Positions 26,501 through 40,400 of a DNA stretch of 64,000 nucleotides are shown in pieces; position 1 is the first letter of the stretch, and the number at the start of each line of letters is the position of its first letter. The stretch spans positions 23,004,001-23,068,000 of the forward strand of contig NC_087251.1 in assembly GCF_037042905.1 (NCBI RefSeq), read 5' to 3'. The position numbers and the translations under genes were made by a program. The notes under the pieces were generated by a model that saw only the letters and a list, made by a program, of their open reading frames with translations, was not told the DNA's origin and searched no databases. The stretch comes from Lytechinus pictus. Taxonomy: Eukaryota.

Positions 26501-29500
26501 AATTATATTCTGACAAGTAACAGACTCGCATTGACATTCATGCTTACAACAATACGTTCAGTCTTCAGGGACCGTGTTTTAACTTTAGCTGATTTTAATT
26601 AAAATTACTTACTCTGATTTAGCACAAAAACAGGTTACAGTCATTCGAAAAGCCATGCTTTATCTGGCTTTATGCGAAAGCCCATTGGTATTTCACAAGG
26701 CTCTGATTATAAACTTGTGCGAACCATCAATGTATAATATTCAACTTAAATTCATATGTTTGTACATATTAAAAAAAGGTCAATATTGGAAACAAGTTAA
26801 ACAGATAGGATAGGATAGCAAAGGCAACCATTTTACAAATTCTTTACTCATGAGTCAAATTTGTACGGTTTATTCTAAATGCCTACTTGTGAATCCTAAG
26901 GGATGGGGGTTCCAATCCCTACGGAAATATTAGGCAAGAACATGAAAACACTACGGGCTAAAAATTCAAGAAATCTGCTTATATTGTATATTTCTTATAT
27001 CTACCATTTTGTTTCCCTTTGCTTTCATAATGAAGAAAATATCATTATCATTATGAGACAGTTATAAATGATAATGATTTGAGTATCATAAGAGTCCATA
27101 AATTGAACATGATTGTATTAATAGAGATTGTGCCCCCAATTGACTCACCATAGTTAAACCAGAAACTTTAAACCAGGGTTTTATTTAAATCCGACTTCTG
27201 AATACGAACCTCTACATGTGTACAAATGATGCCTTGCATTGCACATAGTAATAATATATTAAGTAACTGTTCAAAATCTTGAGCAACACTGTTTAAACCC
27301 GTCACTGTAACAGCTATAAAGGTGTTAAACAACCGATGTTATCAAAACTATTGCGAATTTCCTATTTATCTTTTGAAAGATTATTTCACAATACTCATCA
27401 ATGTCTCTAACAATATTTTTTTCATTATACTCGTTATACTATATACTTGAGTATCATTCAATTATTAAAAAGGGTAGTTGCAAATATTTTTTTTTTTAAA
27501 GAAAAAACTGTTTTGATCGGGCACCCGATTAAAACAAAATTGCCATCTCAAGTATCTTTGGCTCAATCCAGTAAAACACATCTTTATTCTATATCAAGCG
27601 TATCATAATTGCTTCATGAACGCACATTCAACATTACAATAAAGAACTGGAACAGTGATATGTTCCTATTGGGGGTTACCAAAACGTGAAAAAGATGTTG
27701 AAATGGGAATCGCTACGACGATTAAAGCAGGCTGGTTAAGCGATAATATGTGTAGCAATTTATTTTACAAGCCTCTAAGCACAGAGACAAGGTTTTTTTT
27801 ATTAATTTTTTTTTGGGGGGGCACTAGATACCCAATTGTTCAGTTCCATTACACATCCCGTATTTTTTTTCTTCATATTAGCTTTTGTCCATCTTTACGT
27901 TTAATACTGGCTTTATAGTTTTCACCCAAAAGGAAATCATGAGAGTTAAGATTAATGTTTCTTCCCTATTGCTCTCTCTAGTTGATTGTAGTGTCGCCAA
28001 CCCTTGCCAGAATGGAGCTAACTGTACCAACGATGCATGTACATGCCCTGCGGGATTAACTGGAGATATATGTCAAACAGGTAAAGACACAATATGGGAT
28101 AGGATTTGTTCGGATTCACACCAGACAAATTGCAGAAATACGTCATTAGTACACCAGGGTCGCGTAACACAAAGGTTAGCGATTAATCGTACCCTTGATT
28201 TTCACGATGGATTGTACATTGTAGTCAATGGAATCAATCGCAGAAAAATGTTCTACGATCATTGCCAGATAAACCCAGCCCCAGATAAACCAAAGCGAAA
28301 TAGAGAGTTTGATGGAACGAATCTATCAAACCCAGGTAAAACAAAAACCATACTGACTTAAACCTAACGAGCAGCTCTTGATGAGTGGGGAAAAAAATAA
28401 AGCTTTTTTTTAAGTGGCTAGACAGTGACTGCTACATACATGTGTACCGATTATTTTACAGTTCCCCAATAGAAATATGGATCATTATTATATTGCAAGC
28501 ATACATATCGCACACAATTTTCATGAAACTTAATAGATATTTCAAGTAAACTGTAAGTCAAGATGTATAAAACCTTTTGGTGAAATCCAATATAATATTG
28601 ATTTGAAATTAAACAACCATACAAAACCATACATGTATATAGGCCCACGCGCATGAACAGCCCTACAGGGGCATTATTATTATTGTTTTTAAGTAGTGAA
28701 GAGAGGAAAAAGGGGATGGAGAGGAAGGAAAGAGGGGAAATGCTTTCGGTTATAGAGGTTTGGCTCCCTTTTTATACATTTTTATAATGATGTCACCTTT
28801 AGTTCGTCTTGACACCCTGTCAAAATAATGTGGCTTCATCCCGGTTCACGCCTGTAAATAATCGAGATTTGGACATTAAAATGTGGCATGGAAGTAATGC
28901 CGAGAATGAACTACCAATGTGGACACTAATGTTCAGAAACCCAGGATATATCTTCAAAAATAGATTTTTGTGCGTTATTTTTAATTTCGTAGAGGATATG
29001 TTTAGCCGTTATCTGCACTTTTATGCACAAGCCAATTGTTAAGAGTTTTCTAATACCGCTCTCTTCTTTTCTATTACACATTATGACATACGTATATCTT
29101 ATCAATTATTTGTATATATATAATCAATCAATTTCCTTTTTAAACCGTAGTTGACTGCAATCTGGAGAGCGACCCTTGCCAGAACGAAGGTACCTGTGCG
29201 GACGGTGCATGTACATGTGCCTCGGGGTACACTGGAGTTTTGTGCAGTAATGCCAGTAAGATCCTCTATGAGTTTGTCTGGTTTTGTTTTGTTTGAAGCA
29301 TTTGAATCATAAATTGGAAGATAAGTGCTATTCATTAATGACCCTGAGAGTTGGTGTGTTGGTGACTTCTTTGCGAATTCAGTCTCTATAATATTAGTTT
29401 GGTTAGCATATATCTGTAGATCTCAGAGATATACTATTATGTTGGAGGAACATGGGGAGGAGTGGAGGGAGGTAGTGACACTTATTTTTTTTTTTTTGGG

Positions 29501-31378
29501 GGGGGGGTCGGAGCAGGTACTGCGACACCACAAAATGCTGGGACGATTAATATGTCGCGTACGCCTCTATATGTTAGAAAGGGAGGAACCATTGTGGCAG
29601 CTGAAAATACCAAGTCTGATAGATCTCTTCATACTTCTGGAGTCTGAGACTCATTTAAATGGCTTAGAGACCTTTGGTCTAATTACTGAAGCCTGGGAGC
29701 TTGTAATTGAGAGAAACATGAAAATGCATGTTAGCGAATTCAAATGCCATACCACCAAGGGCAATCACTTTAGCAGTGCCTGGTAGATGTCTAAACAATA
29801 CGTGTTAAAAAAACTATTAGATACATCTGTGTCCTACAATATGTGAAAATACAAAGATCTCAATATTGCAAAAGCTCACCACAGAAATTCATGAAATTTA
29901 ATACAATGAATTATTTTGTGAAAGTAGTTTATCAAAATTTAAAATTTTCTTTAATATATCATCCGATACTTATTTTTACATGTGCAAGTTCCATTTCATT
30001 TAGAATTATTTACTCCTCTTTGCAGTTGATTGTGCTGGTGATAACGATCCGTGCCAGAACGGAGGTACCTGCGAGAACAATGCATGCACATGCAGTTCTC
30101 CATATATTGGATCCGTGTGTGATACAGGTATGGGGATATATTGTTCGTTTGTTTGCTTCTATTTCTGCGTTCAAAATAGTGTAATACAAAATAATCCATT
30201 ATATTAACAGTCATAATGCACAGTGAATACTAAATAATTATGTGAGCATATCACTTGTAAATCATAACAAAATAATATGTAATTAATGAACGCAGTTATG
30301 CTTGAAAATGATGGCGGCCTTATAAAAATATTGCACATTCTTAATAGAATTGGGGGAAATAAATGGCCAAGGTAGATAACATACCAAGCTCAAATTCATT
30401 TATCAAAACCAATGTAAAATATAAATCAATTATAAAATATAAAATATCATGAGATGGTTAGGACCAAAATGAAAACGTTAATACAACTATATATTAGTCC
30501 ACGTCTGAACGAGGCTATTAAAATCTTAAAACTTATAAGAGTATGCAAACTGATAGATAACTAACTGATAGACTGTGTTCTTTGTTAATTGCAGTCGACT
30601 GTAGCGGTGCAAACCCTTGTGTAAATGGAGGCACATGTCAAGACGGTGCTTGTTCGTGCACTGACAATTTTGATGGAGTTCTCTGTGGTTCAGGTATGAA
30701 GAATATACTTAAAGTGATTAAAAACATTTACCTTGAAATCAAGGTATTCTTAGCTGTAAATAATTCACAATGTGAAGATTGATGACTTGAACAGGTTGAT
30801 GATCTTGATTAGAACTGATGATTCTTTTTTTCAAAATAACTGCAGTTTAAGTGATTCCTCAGAAGTTAATGTTGTATTCCAGGTGGAGATAAACCATGCT
30901 CTGACATGAAGACTGCCTTGAAACTCTTAGTTCTGATCTGATATTGTCCTTGAAGAGACTGCCAGCTTATATAAATAAATTTGCACTATTCTGGAAGCTT
31001 CTAGTATTGTCTTTAAAAGGAACATTCCGCTTCTTTCATGTTCTAGAAGACTCTTGAATGACCTCAGTGAAATTAACAATGTAAACAGCATAGCTAAACC
31101 TATTGTTCTTCTTCACTGCGAGCAGTCCCTATTGTCTGCCAAAAATGATTGTGCATTACAAAAATACCAGACATTGCTCTGCCTCATTTAATATGCGTAA
31201 ATAGCAAAGCTTAGCTGAGACATTCTGGAATATTCCCTAATCATAGGCAATAAATATCGTTAGAGAGGAAATAATTAAATGAATGAATATACATGTAATT
31301 ATATATAACATTTTTTTTTCATTTCTATATTCTACTTTATTTCATTTATCATCAGTATTATAAATGTTATTTTATCTA

Positions 31379-31409
<31 letters not shown>

Positions 31410-34400
31410 TGGGGGGGGGGCAGATAGATTTTATGGACTATGGGGGAATGGGCTAGTTCTGCTTGATGCCGTTACATTTTACGAAAATTATTTGCAAGAT
31501 AATGCAGTTGCTGTCGTACAGTTTCTTTAGCCTCTTTTCTCATGAAATTCATTAAGATCGAACGATTTTTCTGCACAAATAAAGGCTGTGGAAATAAGAA
31601 TGTGAAAGAATAAGCCTTTTATTTTTTGTATAGATTTTGGAAGTTACTAAATTACGGCACCGTGATTAATAAATGACCAGTTTTGATTAGTTTCGGTCTC
31701 TTAAGTAAATTTCGTGAGTTACTACATTAGAATTTAAGGCATTAGTCAATAAAAATTGTAATTTTAGTGTAGCATTTTAACATCATGTGGATCTCAGCAG
31801 TGAGTTTTTCTTAGGGATGATTTTTTGCATCATAAAACATCTCTATTTAAATAATAACAATTTGTTCCTCTTCTCTCCGTAGTTGACTGTTCTGGTACAA
31901 ACCCTTGCATGAATGAAGGTACATGTGGGGATGGTTCATGTTCATGCGTTGAAGGATTTACTGGAGTCTTGTGTGATACAGGTATAACAATGTGTTCAAA
32001 GTATATATATATATATATATTCTTTTTTTTTTGGGGGGGGGGTTCATGCTAATATTCTTAATATCATTTTTTTTTTATGGAATGAACTATTTTATTCTTT
32101 GTTTTCCTCAGACATGCTGTCTGGTGCAGTTAACACAAAATAAATAAGAGTGCTCTTGAGACAGGGTCGATATCAAATATTTTGTCAATACATTTTGATT
32201 ACGTTGAAAATGTAACGCTTTTTTCTATTCTGTTATAAAACTGGCATTGCTGATATCAACACCAAGGTGATTAAAATCTATATTAAAGGCACTTTGCTAT
32301 TCTATTATCTCATTGATATGATTGATTCTAAGGCCATTTTATTAATTTTCAGTCCTTATATCAAAGATATAAAAGGATACCAAGTATAGATGAGTTACGT
32401 CAAAATAATCAATTTATTTCCGTTTAAGCTGGAGTTGCTTGTAAAGTCAGAGTTTTGATTTCCCATGTAATCATGTTATGAAATGTATTACGATCAGGAA
32501 AACAGCAACTCTGGTGGCACAAATTAATGCCTGCATAATAGTAAATGTTTTATTGGTGACTTTTGCAATTGTTTTGATCCTGAAATGTGAGGATTTATTC
32601 AATTGAATGCCCATCAGCAATTAGAATATTTACGTTGCCCCACACCTCACCTTTCCACGCAATCTCTTCATCTCAGTGACAAAATTTAATTCGGTTTTTG
32701 TGTCAGCTAGACCACAATTTCTTTTGTAATGTTTATCTTGCAAAGATTTGAGATTGTTGTTGACACGTTTTATATCCTGCAGTTGACTGTTCAGGTGACA
32801 ACCCCTGTAGGAATGGAGGTACATGTGGGAACAATACATGCACATGTGCAGCTGGATACACTGGAATTGTGTGCCAGTCAGGTAAGTCAAATTTATCAAA
32901 AGATAACATGATATGCATGAATGCCTAAGACACATTTGCCGATGTTTCTACATCTCAGGTCCATAATAAAGTATTACTTCACCGCAGAATTTCCACGGTC
33001 ATGCATTGCATTTTTTTTTATTTAAGGAAGAGTGGCAGCGGCGTAATGAGTCTTTTTAGGGGCAAGACATGGCATGCAAGGCAAATCTTTTTGAAAAGCT
33101 GCGAAGCGAGCAAAAATTCCCTTTCGTCTCGCCTGCATAGCAGAGCGAGACTATAGGCGCCGGTCTTCTGACGGCGGCGGCGGCGTCGTCAACATCAAAA
33201 TCTTAAGTTTTTGAAATGACATCATAACTTAGAAAGTACATAGACCTAGTTCGTGAAACTTGGACATAAGGGTAATCAAGTATAACTGAACATCCTGCCT
33301 TGGTCTCAGGTCACATGACCAAGGTCAGTGGTCATTTAGGGTCAATAAACTTTGGCCATGTTGGGGTATTTGTTGAATTACCGTCGCAACTTTGAAAGTT
33401 TATGGATCTAGTTCATAAGACTTGAACATAAGAGTAATCAAGTATCGCTGAACATCCTGTGCAAGTTTCAGGTCACATGACCAAGTTCAAAGGTCATTTA
33501 GAATTATTTTTATTAAATTGCCTTCGGCTAAAAAGTTATGCCATTCATAATAAAAGAAAACGGGGGTTACGTTTGTATTACCTATATTTAAAATTTAACA
33601 GATTTCACACATTGAAAGAAAGATGGAAAATGAAGAAGAAACGCGCAGAAAATGTTATGGAGACTATTTGAGGAGTGAAGGATTGCATTCGGGAAATTTT
33701 GAAGGTACAGGCAATTATTTAGTATTTTTGTGACCCTTTTAAAAAAGTTTTTACAATCCATTTCATGTATATGTCTTGAAACAGAGGTAATTCAGATAAG
33801 GATGGATGCGGTATTCAGTGGAGAAACTTTTTCAGAAGTCTTGGGAAACACCTCTTCAGATGAGTTTATGGCAGCTGCTGCAAGCTGGGAAACAACGGCA
33901 AGTATATCTACATATACATTTTGCTCATTATATGATAGAATTGATAAATCTAATTTGATGTAAGAGTCATTCTAGTCAATTATTTATGATTTTATATCCA
34001 ATCAAATATGTAGACTGTCATGGTTCTCAGTTGTTATGTTGACAATTTTTTTCTCTCCAAGTTAGTTTTCAGGAATATTTATTGGCTTCAGGCTGTCAAA
34101 AAACATGAATTGATCAATGAACCGGAATCATAGGAAACACGAAGGGAATATTCCCACGGACTCTGCAGTGTAAAACAAATTAAAAGTTTCTCGAGTTAGG
34201 CATGTAAAGTGTACCTGAACAGTGACCATGTCTTATTGACTGCCTCTTGCCAACTCACTACTGGTTATTGACAAATCGGGTACCAAAGAATTTTTCAATG
34301 ATGCCTTGGAATTTTAAAATTATGAACTTTAGAACTGGACCATAATGTTGACTGGGTATGAGGTGGTGTGGATGGAATATTTTTTTTTTGGCTTTGGAAA

Positions 34401-37400
34401 AGGCAGCTTCAGGTAAAGCAACTACTAGTAAGCCTACATATGTTCATGTATTAAAAATGAGATTCGATGTCAATAATGACACAATTCATTTTTTTTTTGG
34501 GGGGGTAGAACATGAAGATAAGTTTTTTCCGCGTTTTTTTTTCATGGTAGGTATTGATGTGCAACTATATATCAAATGATCAGACAATACTGCTTCATTG
34601 GACTTATCTGAAGTAGTTAAAATCCCAGTTCTCAGATGTGCATCCTTGGTTTTATACGAATTTATTTTTGTATCTTTCTTTGTGTCGACTAATAACGGGA
34701 ACTGATGGTGTGCGGCCTTCAGTCTCAGAAGGGCTAGAGTAGACTACTGACACCCACAGTACCTGTGATCGTTGGACATGGGACACCAGCCATACACATA
34801 ACAATGAATTAAGATGGTTTACTATGGACATTGGCCTCTCGTAATATACAACACATATAACAATATGCAGTACCCAAGACCCGCTTTTTACTACGCACGA
34901 TAGAGCATAGTTCTCAAGACTATTTATTTTACACAAGGTAGTCAGGTTCTTTGACCTCTATTAAAGTTACACCCCTATTACAGGGATTCGCCCCCCCCCC
35001 CCGCACATTCCCGTCAAATATAATACACAGCCAGACTGTAACAATTAGCGATACCTATTTACGCCAAAATTCTGATAAATTAAGTTCTATTCTTACAGCT
35101 CACAACAAGTTACTGTGAAGACCAAGGATACTCGGAATCTGAATGCCCATTCACAATAAAGGTAGTCGGATTCAGCAATGGATCTTTGGTAGTAAATTAC
35201 AATGTTTTTTACTCAAGTTCCGATGGAGTGGATGATAGTTTCGATCCTACCGAGGTCGTGATCATGGACGACAGTGGATCTACCCTCCCTTCTACATTTA
35301 GTCGTTTATCTCGTGAGTATTTCACTTCTTAATTCTTTCACAGAAAGATTTTATTTTAAGGACGTTCCACAGTTATATTTGTGCGCATTATGATCTGCGC
35401 ATAGTTTACACTCTGCGCGCTGACGTCACAATGGATGAACAGGTATTAATTAGCTGCGGGTATGAGCTGATTTTTCTCATCTTCTGCACTTTAACTGCAG
35501 ATCCGATGCGTTATTTCATGAAGCTAAAAAATTGAATTATTCCATGGACCATTCAAAAAAATATTCTCTACAATTTCAAAATACTTTACTCTGCAGTGCT
35601 GCCAAGAATCACGAATATTAGCCCGAGTTTGAATAAATGGTAGAGTGGTTTTGAATTTTTTCTTCACATAGATACTAAGCATTCGGCCCATTTTTTGTGT
35701 TTTAAAAAGCACATTTGCTCTAATAAAAATGCTGATAGTTTAAAAACAAGCACATGAACCCCTATTTTTTAATGTTTGTACCTCTTAGGTATACCTTCCT
35801 CTACAACTCTGCAAATTTTGGTGAAAATGACATGGATTTTGAATAAAGTGCAGCATTTATTGTACGTTTGTAGTTTGTTACTGAAATTTTACATTTTTCA
35901 GATTGGGATTTTGTTATCTTTTACGCCATTTTTAAGAACTGACAGTGCTGTTAAACTTAAAATTGCAAACAAATAGCACTATTAATAGATTCTCCATTCT
36001 AACGATACAATTATTAACTCTCTTGCGAAATTTGATGACTTTTTCATGTATTTTGAATGAGTAATGGAGGTTTAAACTCATTGTAGTAATCTTGGGCGGT
36101 CTAAAAATGCCAAATTCTTTTGAATGCGCAATTCTTAAGAACATCAATTTGGGTGAACTTTGAAGCTCTATAGCAAAAAATCAAGCACATGGACCTATGT
36201 TAATTTTTGCATATTTCGAATATTAAGGTTCTAAAGTATCTATGTGCAAAGTTTGGTGAAAATGACATGGATTTCACTTTAACTGTGGAACGTCCTTAAA
36301 TGACACATGAAACAAGCAATCAAGATATTTCACATCAATTCAATAACGCAAATCTAAACTGTAATCTTCATGATGAAATGAATCCAATATATTTGATGAA
36401 GAAGCCGCATGATTTCACAATATGTACCCCAAAATCATATCAAACTGATCTTCTTTACATCAATTTACTTAAAATGAACAATAAAATATTGAGTGCCAGG
36501 CCAAACAAATCCCCCCCCCCCAAATATTTTATTCAAATGCATATCATAGTTCAAGGGTGAACTTTGAGAGATCTAAATAAATTGCTTAGTTAAAGGACAG
36601 TCCCGAGTTGCAAAATACTTTAACAAAGAAAATCCAAAATATGAACAGATTACATTCAAACAAGCCCAGATACTATAACAAAGATCATAGAGATATTTCT
36701 TAACCCAAATAATCAATGGAAAAGTTTAAATTGAAAGTAATAGTTTAATTGAAAGGTAACGTTTTAAAGAGAATCACATTCAGTCTCCTGCCATTGCAAA
36801 AAAATAAAAAATAAAATTATTTGCATAGCAAAAGCCTTTATATGACTGTGCGCATTGTATCCCTGACAAAGACGTTAGGATTGTGTCAAAAATTTGGAGA
36901 ATACTTGGAAGTAAACTTTGTTGGAACTGCAATGCATTACTTCTTTGTCCCTTATATATATATATATATATATAGTATACACACACACACACATATAACT
37001 GAAATTTTGTGAATGAACTTGCACATGTTACATACTTCAAAACCCAAGGACATTGCAAATCATTTTAAAGCTTAACATTTTCTCATTCTGTTGGTATAAC
37101 TCAAGAGGATTCTTCATTCAGGTATGACTAAGCAAAAACAATTTGAAGGACACCAAAAAGTAACTTGGCGGTTGGCATCTGAGTTTCAAAAAGAAAATTA
37201 TGTCCAAAGCATTTGATATCTGCTTTTCAGTTTGATACCTTTTCATTTATTCCGAACTGTACTCATAAAACGATTGTCCATGCATAATTCACACCAGAAT
37301 AACAGAAAGGTAAACATAAAATATGAAGCCCACCTTGAATAGAGTCTCCAATGGTGATGGGGTTTGGAGTTCCCTTTCTAAGAATTGAAAAAAGAAGTAT

Positions 37401-40400
37401 AATAACATTGGAAGAAAATCATGTTGATAAGCTTTATCTTTTCTTTACTGCAACATTGAAAACTTGTTAACCTTTCTTTGAAGCAATTACAGCAAAATAG
37501 GTCTTTCCACCAGAATGAACATCGGGTGACCAAAGTGCCGACAATACACTTGGGCCAAACTTTCTACTACTATTTTGTAACTGATATCATTGAAGCCTTT
37601 GTTTTACAATAATTCTTTTTTCTTACTCTCAGTTACCTGTGGTGGGAATGTATGTGATGGCTGTGAATCGTGTCCCATAGGTAAGATCTTGTTTATGAAT
37701 AAGTGCTTAGTTGTTTTACATTAGTGAATGTAAACAGCTCTTATTTATGTGGGTCAAAACACAATTCAATGTCTTCTATTACATAATATAAAACATTTAA
37801 ATAACACTTGATATAGTTTCTAAGCCCTGCATACCATTACCCTCACTGATCAAGTGCTCAATCATTCAAAGAATACCTTCCCACCAGGTACCCGTTTACT
37901 ACACTTTGGTGGAAAGTGGCACTGTCCTTGCCAAAGGATGCAAGATGTGAGTGCTGTATAGGGATACAGGAACAAATCTTCTGTGCCACAACACCTCTAC
38001 AATCCCACAATCTATTACACAACAAATATTAAATCTTTCTTTATAAAAAAAAAACATTTAGGATGTCCAAAAATTGATTTAATACTTTACTTTTACTTGG
38101 TAAATTGAAGTCATATTACACTGATAAAACATACTGTATTTTGTATGGGAATTATAATATGATAATGGCTATTTCAAAGATTTCAAGTTATCAAAAAGGA
38201 ATACTAAAAAAGAATACCTTTAAGAAACAAAGATGTAAATTTCACAACTACAAAAATGTATTATTTAGACAGAATGAAATTTTATCCAATTTATGTACTA
38301 GAGTAAATGGAAGAGTAGTCCTCACCTACCTACTTGTCTGGCATTTTTCGTTATCTGATAATTATTGCTCATTTTATAATGACAATACATGTCAAATACA
38401 TGTCATGTGGTTACCTATTGTACATTGACATCACGTTTCATATCTTTTCTGACAAATGGTACTGTTTCCTTTTTCAATCCAGTTGAGGCTCAATGCAACA
38501 ACTCACAGACCCCTTGTCAGAACGAAGGTATCTGCGTGTTCGGAGAATGTGTATGTGCCCCGGGGTACACTGGAGTTTTGTGCGCCAATACCAGTAAGAT
38601 CTCCTATGATTTTAGTTTTTGCTTAAAATGTAGGCTAAACATCCAAACTTGAAAATTATAGTATATATTCAATAGATTTTGTATAGGCCTACGTTAATTG
38701 AATTACTGTATGTAACCCCTACACCTCCTCCACCTAACCCACCTTCTGAGTTGCCTAGGTTGTCGAACTGTTTCAGTGGCTCAATAATATAGCTCAAAGC
38801 GAAGAGGCGCTATCTGTTACAGTGCGTATTGAGTTTAGCAAAGTTTGCTTGCGCTTGCGAAATTTCTTCTAACCAATTAACAGCCTTATATATCTCAAAT
38901 CTCCTAAAATATAAGGCCTTATCTACTGAAAATAATAAAAACATAATAGTGAATGATATGAATAATTTTGATTGGTGCATATATTCCTTTTTGAATGAGA
39001 GCACCGTTAAAAACCAATCAACATCAACAAAAGCCCCTCCCCATTCAGGGTATGAAATCCTCATAGTGATTAGTATTATGTAAAACAAAATCAACCTATA
39101 AAATGTCAACTGTAAAATGTACAACTTATAGGTATGCTGGTGGGGGAGAGGGGGTGCAAAGGCACAATTTACCGTTTCAAAATACCATCATAATTTCCCA
39201 CTTTTCTCAAAAGATCCATCAAAGAATATGCCCATCCATTTTACATTAACGTTGTTATATATGTATATATATTATATTATGTACATAAATGTATAAACTT
39301 TCTTTTAATCTCAAAGTCATCTGCAGTTCAGAGACCCCCTGTCAGAATGGAGGTACCTGTGCGGATGGTGCATGTACATGTGGCTCCGGATACGCTGGAG
39401 ATTTGTGCAATGCAACTGGTGAGATCCTTTGTTTTCATATTTCTTTTACTTGAATACATAATGTACATGTAGGCTTTCATAATACTAACCTATTTTGATG
39501 ATAGTGCTGAAATACATAATACACCAAGGATGCTGACTTCTAACAAAATATTTAAGTCATAAATCAAGGAAGGTGGGGAAGACATTTCCAGTCCATGACA
39601 GATACTTTGACGTCTCTATCTGTGACAATTTTTTTTTTTTTTTTTCTGTGATGGAGTTATCTCCACAATCATTAGCAAAGTTAAAAAGAGTTTTAAAAGT
39701 TATAGTATTAAAATGAGGGAGGGGGGTCTCTTAACACAGTGGCATAAGTCTAAAATTCATTTTAAAATATCCATCAATTAACTTCATGTTTTTTTTTGGT
39801 CATTTTACAGCTGATTTCATAGTTCTGTTTATTCGACAAATGCACTGATTTCTTACCCTATAAACCTGACTTTGAAGTATCACATTCTGTTCAGTCAATG
39901 GCTTAATAGTTAATGAAATGACTTTCGGTCCCATGAGTATCTAAATATATGCAATATTCTTTGTTTTTCATCATTTCATCATTTGCTTTTGTTTCTATTG
40001 TGTTAAATTGCTTCGAAACTAATGTGCTTTTTAACTAATCAACTTGGTTTTGATTATTCATAAAAGACAACTCAATCAACCAATAGACTTTAATAAAGGA
40101 AATAGCAAAATTAAAAGCCCCCGCAGTATTGCTGAATGTTTAGTTTAATTAATTATATATTTTTTTGTATTTCCATACTTTCATTATTACAGTGAGGACT
40201 CAAGGGGTAAGTGAAATTAATCAAGTTAACGCTTGATCAGGGAAGAATTATAATACCGTTCTTTTTTTCATCGGAAAAAATGGGTAGAGCTGAGCTATAA
40301 ATATTTCAAAGTAGTATACAAAAAAAATTCTTTAAAAAATCATCAATGTTATTAATAGAAAAATTCCCATGGAAACTGCTAACTTGGGGTAAGCAGATTT

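Noticed and set aside
1253..32881. Dscam-style mutually exclusive exon cluster
   Set aside because: Exons are symmetric phase 1 and can concatenate, introns are long enough to splice, and I saw no docking/selector elements. Exon skipping cannot be excluded without RNA data.
19369..36147. Duplicated ORFs 19369/35776 and 19525/35932 as genes
   Set aside because: They lie inside the two copies of the TTAA transposon and have no transposase motifs.
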